A DNA stretch of 64,000 bases from Azolla caroliniana (lineage: Eukaryota > Plantae > Polypodiophyta), in assembly GCA_043228905.1 (NCBI GenBank), contig JBHGNT010000001.1, positions 28,396,001 to 28,460,000 of the forward strand. Direction: 5' to 3'. The position numbers and the translations under genes were made by a program. The notes below the pieces were generated by a model. The model saw only the letters and a list, made by a program, of their open reading frames with translations. It ran no database searches and was not told the origin of the DNA. This document shows positions 25,999 through 38,785 of the stretch, piece after piece. Every line of letters begins with the position of its first letter. Position 1 is the first letter of the stretch.

Positions 25999-28900
25999 TT
26001 TTTTTTTTCTTTCAAGAAAACATATCCTTCCATTAGTTTTCTTTTTTTCCAAAAAGGTTTCCTTCATTAGTATTAAGAAAAAACGTCACAAGGCTACAAA
26101 CAGTACAATTTAGAGAGTATTACATACAAAAAGGATAATCAGGGGAAGGACCAGGGATGATGATATTTCCAGATTGGTCCTTGAGAGGAGATCGTGAATA
26201 GAGGAAACTTCCTCCATAATTGCAGTAATTTTTTCCTTTTCTTAAGAACAACCTCAACCTCCGAAGGGCCCGACATATTGTCATACTGCCCACGCACTAC
26301 CGCCAACAAGTTGTCCCATAATTCTAGCAATATATCTGAGAGAAGGGGTACTATGGAATCATATCGTCTTTTACATCGACACTTCCATAAGGTCCATAAT
26401 GTAACTGTGGATACGATTTTCCATACTTGGGTTGCACGCATTTGCTTTCGAGGCTGCTGAAAAGGCGAGATAGATATTAGATACTAATTGATGACAGTCT
26501 TAGCCTCTAGAGCATCATCTGCCTCATACAATAATAGACTGGAATGGAGAACCCCCCATACCGATGATCCCCAAGAGAATAGGCAACCTACATTAATTGT
26601 CAGGAAATAAAGAAAGAACTTTATTCAATACCTGTTGAGTTAGTGAACAGGACCAGAGAACATGCTTGGTAGTTTCCTGCAAGTCACCACAATAACTACA
26701 CTGTCTAAGAACGGGTGCCACGTTTCCTTTCAAAGATTGACCTACCGGTAGTGCTGCATGTAGCAAAAGCCATATGAAGAGAGTGTATTTTGTTGGTCCC
26801 CTAAAAGACCAAATCCATTTCCAATAAGCTTTCAAATGACTGCTTGATACACCCCACTTATTCCAGTGCTTTTGAGCCGCAGGAGTTGGAATATTCTTAG
26901 ACATGAGTAAGGTTCTACCAAATTTCACAGTATACTAAAAGAACAGAACTTTTTGCATTGGATCCATCATGGGACTAGTCCAAGACCATCCCCCTGGGTC
27001 CCACATTAGCCTATTAATTGGTTGGCGTGCATATAGCCAAAGCATATCCAACAAATGGGCTATTGATGGTTGTAGATCCAGGAGCCATTTCTTACCAGTT
27101 TTGGCAATCATTGGAACAACAAGTAGGTTTTGTAGCAAATTATCAGAGGGTGTATAAGGCTGCAATTTATTATCCTGTTGAATATGGAAATAAAAAATAC
27201 ACCCGTTTGTAGAAATTCCCTTAACAAAGAGCATTATGCCATTCATTAGGCAACCAAACCACATATGCTCCTGCATTGGCTGAAGTCGCGATGAGGCTTG
27301 AGAGAAGGCAATTGAAATATCCATTGTCATTGTCTTTGCCCCATATATCGAATGTAACTGCTTAAGGCGATCCACTTCTAGCATCTGTTGAAAATAAATC
27401 CAGGATCCTACTGATGTTGTTGGCCCATTATCAAGTTTTCCCCATGCAAGACGAGGTCTAAGGCCCAATACATTTCCAATAGAATCCCGAACGAGAGAAT
27501 TAGCCAAAAGCGGTTGATTCATCCAACCATCCCATGTGTTAGGCATCTCCTTGCGTAGAAAAATCTTGATTGCATCCCATGCTCTGACAATCCCCAGTAG
27601 AAATCTATTGGATGTTAGATTCCGTCTCGGTGTTTGAATATCTGTCAAGAACATCCATTTCAAAGACGACAACCAGTTTCCTCCCGTCTTGGGATATAAT
27701 TGCATCAACTGATTAAGCAACATACCCTTCCATGCCTCTGTCCTTGGCAACAATCTTCTGACTACAAACTTTATCAAGAGAGCTCGAGATTGTATCAAGG
27801 GATCTATTAGAGCCAACCCTCCCTGACTTTTTGGCTTAATCAAAACATCCCATGCCACCTTGGCCATTGCATGAGATCCATTTTTTCCACCCCAAAGGAA
27901 GTTACGTATGAGGCTTTGAACTTTCATGATTGCCGACCGAGAGAACAACCAAGCTGATGTGATAAACCACATTGAAGCCAACAACACCGAATTTGCAACG
28001 ACAACCCGACCTGCAAGGCATAACTGTTGCGAGTCCCAATATACCAACTTACGCTTAATTGATATTAGCAATGGTGATAGCATCACTCCATATGGTAAAT
28101 CTATACCAACAAGACAACCTAAGTAACGAATCGGCTCCCCATGATTTAGCCAACGGAATGCAGGGCTTGGATACCATTGTGGACGCGGTTCATCACTGGC
28201 CCAAAGGCCTACAGATTTATTCCAATTGAGAGAGGCTCCAGTAGCATCTGAAAATATATGTAAAGCATTCTGTACCTGATCAAGATTAACAACATCTCCG
28301 CGAATATAAAGAGCAATGTCATCCACAAACTTTGCATCAAGAACTGTTGAGTTTGCAATAGGTAAGGCTATTCCTTGGATGGCCGCCATCGAGGATCTAA
28401 GAAACGCTGATAAAGCTTCCCCAAATAAAATAAAAAGAAATGGTGCTAATGAACAACCTTGTCAAACAGATCTAGAAATTGGAAATAATGTACCATTGCC
28501 TCCAGAAAATAAAATTGAGCTAGACGCGTGTCTATATAATGCAGACACCCCTTTTATCCATGCACTTGGAAACCCTAATCTTGATAGAACTGCCTCCAGA
28601 AAGTCCCAATATACTTTATCATATGCTTTCTCAAAATCTAATAATAGTATAGCAAGGGACTTTTTGTGATGTTGAGCCAATGCAATCATCTCCCAAAAAA
28701 GGAAGATATTGTCAAAGATGCTTCTATCTTGAAGGAATCCTGATTGTGTATCATGTATAATCGAGGGAAGCAACGGTCGCATTCTATTGGCTATAGTTTT
28801 TGCTACTATTTTATAGATGTCGTTAAGCAAAGTTATTGGACGCCATTTTGATATTTCATTACATTGAGCATCTGATTTCAGGATCATGTATATGATTCCT

Positions 28901-30580
28901 TCCGTCCATTCTTCGGGTATATTCCTTGTTGAGAAAATTAAATTAACCGCTCTAGTAAGAGTAGGCCCCAACAAGTCCCAGTAGTGCAAATAGAATACCA
29001 CTCCGATGGCATCCTTTCCAGGGCACACATTTTTTCCCAGGGACTTAGCCGTTGTCCAAACTTTAGTGTCTATAAATGGTTGAAGCAATTGGGAAGCCAT
29101 TACATGAGTGACCTTCTGCTGTGTTGTTTCTAGTACAAGTTGTCTCTTATAAAGGTCCTCCTCTGAGAAGGATTTAGCAGATAACAACTGATGGTAATAT
29201 GTCGTAGCTATGTCTCGCATCTCCGAATCATCCGTTGTGTAAGAGCCATCAAGTCGTTTTAGGGTTTTGATAGTTATTGTTTTATACTTCTGTTTAAATT
29301 GACTGAAGAATTCTCTGTTAACCCTATCTTGCTTCTGTGACCAAGAAGTTATATTACATTGATAGAAATAATCCTCTCGCATGTTGCTTTTCTTTTAAAT
29401 TGCTTTTTACTTGTTGTAAATCCGATAGTAACATCGGTGAGGTTGGGTATCTTTCCAATAACTTTATGTTGCAGCCAATGCTCGACACAAATGAGCAATC
29501 TGAGCATTGCATCAATCAACCGAAGAGGCAACTATGTTTATGAAGAAACTCTTGACATCAAGAATGGCATAAGTGATATCTCTGAGTAGAAAGGCATCAG
29601 AGAAGCTATACTTAGACCAGATTTGAGCTACAGAAACTCTATGAGTTTCATCAGCAAGCAATGAGTTCGGGATACAGAATTGCTTAAGATAGGACCTTTT
29701 GGTGAATACAATGTTTAACTTCAATGGATAATGATCAGAAGTTACCGTCCCAGGAATAATCCCCATAGATCCAGAAGCTTCCCAAAATAAGCTACTAGCA
29801 TAGAACCTATCCAATCGTGCCAAATTAGCTGCAACCATACTACCATTTGACCGGGAGAAATGAAGGGAGGCTTGCATTCGAGAAATGGAATGAATATTCC
29901 ATAGATCCAATAAACCAAAAGAGAAACAGAACGAATCTCAAGCTCTAGCTTCTCGGCCTGTTGTTGTATTGATTGAGCCTCCCCTTCTATCAGATGCTTC
30001 TTCAATCATGTTAAAGTCACCACCCACAAGCCAAGAGTCCGCTAATCTGGCGTATTCAGAAAGAGAAATTCAAAAGGAAGCTCTTTCTGAGGCCGAGTTA
30101 GAAGCATATAGATTTATAATACCAGTCTTTTGAGGTCCTATTTGAAGAATAAGAAATTGCGCCCTTTTATTCAAAATAGTACCTGCTGAGACTATGATGG
30201 ATGCCCATTGTTCTTTAATAGCCATGCATAAACCAGCTTGTCCACTATTTTGACCTATCGTTGGGACCCAAAAATGTATCCATCTCCCTGGCAGAATAGA
30301 ACCATAACTCCGTATCCTATCAGCAAACAAGTGATGCTCTTGCAAAAAAAGAATATCAATTGCACCAACATTTGGTGTATCTAAATCTGCTCGTATAAGT
30401 CCTTTAAATCTAGGAAAGGCCTGACCCCCCAAGCCTTGCACGTTTCAAGAAAGGATATTTAACTCGTCCATACTACATATGATTTGAAGATGTGCGTTTC
30501 TCAAGGAGAATGTCCCGACGACTCTTCTTAGCGCCCTCTTGAGCGCGGATTTGTCGCTTTGTTATCAAGTCCTTCCCTGC
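25999..30580 (-). mobile_element. L1-clade LINE (copy B): disrupted but near-complete ORF2 plus the last codons of ORF1
   Basis: ORF2 starts at 30471 (MDELNILS*NVQGL), with endonuclease (FLQEHH, NLYASN, SDHYP), RT (WRPITLLN, LDFEKAYDKV, FVDD) and zf-RVT-like CSYC. Poly(T) on + at about 25999 and 26042. No clear TSD; 5' boundary approximate. Confidence 0.9.
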
Positions 30581-30934
30581 ATACTTATGAACCCTATGTT
30601 CTTTGATATTAGCCATTAGTTTTAAAAAGCATATCAGCCACAAAATACAAAATAGATGGAAAGGAAGTGACTATCCTTTCCCAACCCGTCTTGTGTAAGA
30701 CAATGGTTAGCCATGAATCCTTCATTTGATAGACTTGATTAATCACTTCCTCAATAGTTGAGACATACCATGAATTTGCATATGCTCGACGCAAATCAAT
30801 CTTCCTCATCATGTTCATGTTCAACATATCCAGATATATACAATCCACAAACCTACACTTTGGATTGAATGCTTATCAAACAGTTCTTTTACTTGTGTTA
30901 AGATATCGTTTTTTGCATACATATCAAATAAAAC

Positions 30935-31350
30935 ATATATAATATCCTAAATTAGTGCATTCCAAGAAGCCACATCCCAAACCGGAAGCCCCTTGACGAC
31001 TTTCTATGCTTTTCCTACTTGACCACATTTGGCATACATATCCAATTCCATAAGGCCAAATCTTGACTAGGAAGTTCATCAAACACCAGATGAGCTTTTT
31101 CCAAATCATCACATTTAGCATACATGTCAACAAAAGCATTCCCAAATTCATCTAGTCCAAGCATTATGCTCTCTTTCTCCAACCTTTCTGATAATTCCAA
31201 AGCTCTACAATTGTATCAATTATCTACATAGCCACCGATCATGGTGTTCCAAGATACAATATCTTTTAAGAAAAGATTATCAAACATCTTGTAGGCATCC
31301 TCAAGACTACTACATTTTGCATCCATGTCAACAAGAGTGTTTCCAAGTGT
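30935..31350 (-). pseudogene. PLS-PPR pseudogene fragment
   Basis: Broken repeats GNTLVDMDAKC..LEDAYKMFD..DIVSWNTMI, GNAFVDMYAKCDDLEKAHLVFDELP and DVASWNALI, with stops and frameshifts. Confidence 0.8.
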
Positions 31351-34095
31351 TGAGCCCACCTTCCACACTAACAAAACCAACATCTCCTTTTAGATGAAAA
31401 CCTACCTCTCAAATGCTTATTGTTCATAATGATAGCTAATTGTTTCTTTCACCACAACTTTGTTTTCATTTTGCAAGTTAGTGGCCCAAAAGGACTTGTG
31501 GTTGGTACTTTCTACCTCGATAAGTATCTATTACACCATTTAATTTAAAAGATGACCTTATTGTTTGAGGAGCAATATGAAAACCTTTACAAAGTAGTGG
31601 ACATAGCTCAAATAATAAATAAACTTCATGCCAAATGCAAACTTTATATGAATGCATGAAATGACAATAGCGATCAAAGTTTTGGCAAAGAGAACTAATT
31701 ATTGATTATATATGATGCATGTTAAATTATTCTTTTCGTTGCTTGCATGTCACTTTCATGCTCATGTGTAGTTATTAGTCCCCTTACGTACACGTATGTT
31801 TTCTTAGTGTACCTTTCCAATGTCAAGCCATCATGAAATATTTCTCCTTTTTCATGCTAGATGCCTCATACTCATCTCAAATTAACAATTACGCACCATA
31901 ATACACAATGGTGTACCTAGTTATATGCATACAAACACGCATATAGATTCATGTGTATGTAAGTTTTAATATATAATGTTTTAAATAAACTATGCAAGTT
32001 TCGCGTCTAGTTCACTACCCACTAAAGAATTATAATAATAGAGTATATTCTCGTAAACTATACATTTGCATAATTGCAACAACTCACAAATTGCAATTGA
32101 TGTTTTATATGTAACCGTGATTGACGCTCTGCATATGAGTAAATGATATGACTACCATCAATATCAATGGAAGTTAGAACAAAATATGATAGAAAAGGCT
32201 AGATATGTCCATCAAAAGTATTGCCATACATATCAATGCAAGTTGGAATTGCTAACAACTAGTGAATAACTAAGCAAATGGTGGATGAACATTGTGGGCC
32301 TGCAAGAATATCTGAAAAAATAAGTATATAAAATTAAAACTGAAGAAACAGTAAGTAAAGGTTTAAGGTATCGTGATTGGAACTAGGAACATGGACAACC
32401 AAAGAGGTTACAATTAGATCGAGAGGTTTAGGTAGGTCCATTAGTGATGTGACTATGATTGAAATTAGAGACATAGGAGATGTCTTTCAATCAATTAGGT
32501 TGAGGAGACAATTATTAGGAACACATCACATGGATGGTTTGATTTGGATTGGGAGAACAAGAGGAATGCTTTAGTGTAAATTGGGGCGATAATAGGGTTA
32601 GGATGGTTATCGCTCCATGTGAATTACGAAAATATAATGTAAGGGCGTTATAAGATTGTGAGGATTATAAAACAAGTGAATGGTGTGGTCAATTCGTGTC
32701 AAAGGTTGGATTCACGCTACCCCTGCAAGTATGAATCATCAGTTAGATTTCACATTTACGATAAATAAAAGTTGACTTCTGCATTTGCAACATTACTCAA
32801 CACATGACATAGGAATCGCAACATTCTAGTATTTCGTCTCTCTTATTTTCCTACACTCTCCTTTGGCTTTTTGTATGTATGAAACCAAAGAAAAAGATAA
32901 TTAGTCTTTCTTCCATCCAAAACATATTGCTCGAAGGGTCTATAGGTTAAGGGCTTAAAACTGAATGATTCTTCCAACTAAGGTCAAACATGGGGGGAAA
33001 TGACAAAAATTAAGCTTATTTTGTTCCACATCTTGGTGGATAGTAAGAAACAAGAAAATTCTAATTAAATGAACTCATGTTTGTTGTATGTAAGTTTGAT
33101 AAATATGGCACCCAAGCCATGTTGTAGGATCTCAATCTCTTTTCCTAGGATGTGAACTCAAAAATAATAATCTCGGGCCACTTTGAAATAGCATGCAATA
33201 TGGGTCTAACTTGACTACCACATTTTCGTTTGTCCATCTTAGCAAGTTATTGCCAATCCATCCTAGATCTCGTAGCATGTGAAATTGGGTCTCTTCATTA
33301 TCTCCAAACTTAAATGAAAGTTTTCAAGCTTTATAAAGGGAAAAATATTGACAACAAAGAAATGGCATCATGTAACGTTATGAATAGGAAATTTGTGATG
33401 GGCGATACACTATTGGGGGTGGATGAGGTTGATGGGATTTTTGTGTAAATTGAGGAGGATTTGATGTGAATTCAATGTGTATGTATTCAAGGCTAAAAAC
33501 ATTAGGATTTGATGTGAGGCATGAGACAAAAGAACATGGATTTGAAATGGGTAGGGTTTTAAGAATATGAGCCATGAGGGTGAACATTGGTGAACAAAAA
33601 GTTAAACGATGATGTGTATTTTGAGAACATGGGAGAACATGGGAAGCTAAGGTATGGTGTCTTTTCTGAGAACATGTGGACAACATGAAAAGGTGTCATT
33701 TTCTAGTATAAAAGTAAGTGGGGGCCACCCATGTGCTCAAGTTCAATAGTCAATAAAATAAAGGGAGAAGGAGCAACAAGTGAATATGTATGTTTTTTTG
33801 AAGGAGGAGACAATGGAAGAAGACAGACAAGACGGGGAAGCTTTCTAGGCTACAGTCGTCGAGGTTTAGGGTAGCGGTGCTTAAAGTTAGCTGACACTTG
33901 CATTAGTGAAGAATGGGGTGTGGGGAGCAAAATGTTGGGGATTCAAAATGAAGCCTAATTTTGTTTTTGTTCAAGGCTTTAATGTAAAACTTCAAAAAAA
34001 AAAAGGTCCCAAGTTGGCAAATGGGGTTTCAAATTGAGAGAAAGAAAGAAAGATATATTAACGTCTTTTAAGAGGCCAAAATGGCCTATAAGACC

Positions 34096-34100
<5 letters not shown>

Positions 34101-34138
<38 letters not shown>
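34101..34138. repeat. (GA)n microsatellite upstream of the second expansin
   Basis: Pure AG run. A second (GT)n(GA)n tract lies at about 34295-34328. Confidence 0.9.
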
Positions 34139-34142
<4 letters not shown>

Positions 34143-34294
34143 AGTAAATAAATTTAAATGAATGCTCGGACAAAGATTTGATTGAATTTCTTTTCTTCCC
34201 CTTTGTTTAAATTAGCAATAAAGTTCAAGTTTTCAGTTATCTGTTAACGAAAAGAAAAAAAATAAGAAGAAAAACTATTGCTTTTATATGGCGT

Positions 34295-34328
<34 letters not shown>

Positions 34329-34553
34329 TGTGAAAAAGTCTTGTCTGAATTTGTTAAGAAAGACCTAACTGACAAGTTAACAGACAAACACAAAACCCAA
34401 ATTTGACCCCACACTCCTTCCCAATTCACAAACCCACACACATATATATTGACCTACTCTTCCTCTTCTTCTCCACATTTTATCCTCCCTTCCTCACTCA
34501 CTACCTCTCTTCTTTATTTCTCTAATAATCCTTTGGCTTCTTCTCCATCCCCC

Positions 34554-35976
34554 ATGGCCATCATGTTTGTCTTGCTTCTTAGCTTCGTGATAGCTATCAC
34601 TACATGTGTGTCTGCAGGTGACTATGATGGATGGAGTCAAGCCCATGCTACATACTACGGAGGGAGTGATGCCTCTGGAACTAATGGTGAGTGTCATATG
34701 ATTAAACCACCACTTATGTAAACATAATCTTATCATCATCATCATCATCATCATCAGTCTCTCAATTATGTATGTATGTAGATGTGTGTGTGAGCATGCA
34801 TTTGTGTGGATGTACATGTGTATGTGTACAAATGGATATATGCTTGCATGCATGGATGTACATATTTGTGCCATGGTTGGATGAGTGTTTCCTCGGTTTT
34901 TTATCATGCTTACCATGACATCAATGAGCACATTTTTGTTGGGTACCTTGTCTGATATTTCTACCATGATATTTTGTAAACTTTCTTTTTGGGTTCGAAG
35001 TCAATTTCAACATTCCCATAGCCATTGCTAAAATCATGTCTATACCTATACATATTGTGGTGTCCCTCACAATATGCTTTTAAATATAAAGCATTCCATC
35101 TTATACTAGAGTTTTGCCTTTGCTACTACTAGATGGTGCTTGTGGATATGGGAACCAAATCTCTACTTATGGCACCCTAACTGCGGCGTTGAGCAATCCT
35201 CTCTTCAATGATGGTCACACTTGCGGTGCATGTTATGAGATCAAGTGTGAGAGTGATGGATGTTTGGCAGGACAACCTTCCATCGTAGTCACTGCAACCA
35301 ATTTGTGCCCTCAAGGAAGCAACGGGGGTTGGTGCGATAGTCCAAAGCAACATTTCGATTTGGCTGAACCCGCATTCTCTCAAATAGCACAAATCCCCTA
35401 CGGCCATGTACCTCTTCTCTATAGAAGGTAAGACCTAAAGTCCTACCTTTACCTTAACATAAGATGCAATGTGAAGTTTACAATGAGTGAGAATATGAGC
35501 CATTAGTTTTCAAATGATACGTGGTTCAAGGTTTGTCCTAACACATGAAAAAATCTATTTACACAAGATTATCTATCCATGTCTAGCCAAACAAATTTCT
35601 TGTTTAAATTCCGAAGTATGAAGTCAGTGCATGTTCATCCTAAAACTAACTCCAATTTATCCGGTGTTGCAGGGTTTCATGTGTTAGATCAGGAGGCATT
35701 CACTTCCAAATTAATGGCCACACCTTCTACAACCTTGTGCTCATAACTAATGTTGGTGGTGTAGGTGATGTGGCCTCTGTTGAAATTAAGGGTTCAAATA
35801 CAGGTTGGCGTCAAATGCAACGCACATGGGGTCAAAACTGGCAAGACCCAGGCAATCTCAATGGCCAAAGTCTCTCTTTCCGTGTCACCACAAGCAATGG
35901 ACAATCTATCACTGCATTTGATGTTGCTCCTTCTAGTTGGCAATTTGGGCAAACATTTTCAGGACCTCAATTCTAG
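34554..35976 (+). CDS. EXPA: Alpha-expansin (EXPA), divergent; exons 34554-34686, 35133-35427, 35673-35976
   Basis: Signal peptide, [69 protein letters not shown] and WQFGQTF. GT-AG introns in the same phases as the first expansin. Confidence 0.95.
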
Positions 35977-38752
35977 TCACTTCACCTACCCATATAAGTA
36001 GCTAGCTAGCATTTATTGACCTTAAAAGTTTCATTTATATCTACTCCAACTCCACATCTATGAATACGATGTATATTATACGTGTATTTTATTCCAACCT
36101 TTGAGCCATATTAGAGCTCAGATCTAAACCCTTGACATTTAAAGAGAATAATGCACACCTTTTACGTTGCAAGTTCTTGAGGTGATTTTCTTGTAACCAC
36201 CCTATCATCATGGCGGTGATTATGCTTCAAGCCACCCACACTTTAAAACGTATTAGTCATATTACTGGTATCCCATATAGAGGTTGAAAAGTTGTATTTG
36301 TTTTTGTTTCTCATGCTCGGGTTGAAAAGTTGTATTTGTTTTTGTTTCTCATGCGAGCATGAGAAACACACCATGCAGTGTATATCTTTCATGAAGTTAT
36401 TTCTTGTGACTTCATATGAATAAATATTATTTTTGTGACTATAAAGTTCATGAGGATGGTTTGTTGCTAAATTATTTATTTACCATAACCAATTGATTAA
36501 GAATGGCTAAATTTGGTGAGTTGAAGGATTAATGACGTTTTGTAGGGTAAAGGTACTTACAATATTTCAACTTTCCATGTGTATGAACATAATTCTCTCA
36601 TAATATCCATGCTAAATCTTGTATAATTGTTGGGGCCTCATTGAGACCTTTCACTTTTATCCTAACATTCAAAACTTGCACATAACGGATGATAAGTTAT
36701 AAACTTGCATAATGCATTACCTTGATAAAGTATTTCTAATATTGTAATCTCAAGGGTAGCAATATGTGCACATTTGTGAAATATGAGACTATATGTTTAT
36801 GAACCCTAGATACACTAGAAAATTGCCCATAACAAATGATAAGCTATGAACTTATCAACAACACCTTTTCTTCATGAAGCGCAAGAAAACTGCGGAAGAA
36901 GAAGAAGCGGTAAAAAGTGTAATATAAATGGCTACCAAAGTTCTTCTTTTGAACTTTCAAGAAGGCCTAAATATTCATGGGTTCGCTAAGTTTCTCAAGT
37001 CCGAGGCAGAGCTGAAACACACGGCATGCCCGACAAGCTTGGATACGGTTTCCCGATTAGGGTTCCGGAATACGAGCTCCCCAACCCTCTTTTGATCGTG
37101 ACGATGCCCATGCAGCCAGCAATTGCCGCAAATTGGCAGTTACATGTTTTTGAACCCTAGATACACTAGAAAATGATAAGTTATAAACTTGCATAATGCA
37201 TTACCTTGACAATGTATTTTCTAATATTGTAATTTTGAGGGTGGGTGATATGTGCACATTGGTGAACATATGTGACTATATAGTTATATGAATAAACTCA
37301 ATGGTTTTCATTTTGTACTTTTATATTATATTCTTTATTTTTCATATTTTGCTACAATATGAAACAATATGTATGTACATCTTCAAACCATACTTCGTTT
37401 TCTTTGATAATAAACCATATGCAACAATATTTGACTTTACTTCTAATCATTTTCATAGTTTAGAACTACCATTGAATGATAGTGTGTGTCATCCATCATT
37501 TGACTTGTCAAATACTAGTAAACCATTTCTACAAAAATCACTCAACTTTCATCTTGACTCAAGTAGCATGATCAAGTATGTCTTCATGATGCATATAAAT
37601 CTTGTTTATGTTCTTGTGTTCCTTCCAACAATGTGTACCACATTGATCAACATGCCTTTTAAAATGTCAACAAGTTTTTGCACTATGCCTATATCATGTG
37701 CAATCAAAACCACAGTGAAATAAAAGCGAGATCTAAAGTTTTTGCATTATATCATGTCTATATGCACGTATATATTGCTTGTCTCTATCGCTTTAAGATA
37801 ATTTACTACAATGATTAATAAACCTTTCAACTTAATGCCTCTTTGCATTTTGTCTATCTAATTTGCAACAAAAACTAAATGTTAAGAGAGGGATATCTAA
37901 ACTAATATACATGCACGCGGATACCACAAATTTACATAAAAATGAAAGCAATGTATAACAGAAGTTATGCAACAAGACCATTTTGCTTGTTTGCATCAAA
38001 AAGTTGCTTTCCATTAGGGTTATTGCATGATTCTATTTCAACTTTAACCAAACTCATCCATCTTTGTGTGTGTTAGTGAGAGAACATGAGTTGAAAACAG
38101 ACTTCTTGAAAATATCTTTTAATTGAATTCCTTTAAAAGACCTTGATTATCAATAAGAGAATTTCAACTTGAGAGTCACATCAATTATATAAAGGAAACA
38201 AGATTTCAACAATGGGCTATACAACAATTGGATCATGATGATCTTGAACACATAATATGATCTATGAGCAAATATCAATGTCACAATTATGGGGGGAAGA
38301 GATATACAACATTCAAATTAAGAGGACTATTGGTTATGCTACACATGAATCACAACGTCAAGAAAGAGGAGGCTTTAATGTGCAAAGTTACATTGGTGGC
38401 CATTAGGTGTAAACAACATCTGGCCTACCAAGAAAGAAAAGCTCACAACACCATATTTCATATGTTATTCATGAAGTAGCTTTTTTTCTATATCAATGAA
38501 TTAACTTTCTTCTCATGTTCCAATTGAGAAAACGTTGTCACTTAAAAGCCATGTTTTAATAAAAAAAGTAAATGTTTATTTTCATAGTTACTTAAATTTA
38601 TAATTTCAAAAGATACAAAACATAGTTTCTTACTTCCCAAAACGAGTGGTTCTATTCATCATTCTATTCAAGGGGAATAGAATTTGTGACCCAAGCTAGA
38701 ACATTACATAGTTAATGAGTCTTCCCATTAGTGCCTCAACACCTATTGCATT

Positions 38753-38783
<31 letters not shown>

Positions 38784-38785
<2 letters not shown>

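Noticed and set aside
30609-34450. Segmental duplication of an expansin-PPR unit
   Set aside because: The PPR relic lies upstream of expansin 2 whereas the intact PPR lies downstream of expansin 1, and no flanking similarity was visible.
34494-34967. 157-aa minus-strand ORF with poly-Met
   Set aside because: It is antisense to expansin 2, and the poly-Met comes from an intronic (CAT)n repeat.
37301-38479. Short AT-rich ORFs as genes
   Set aside because: They have low-complexity hydrophobic composition with no recognisable domain or splice structure.
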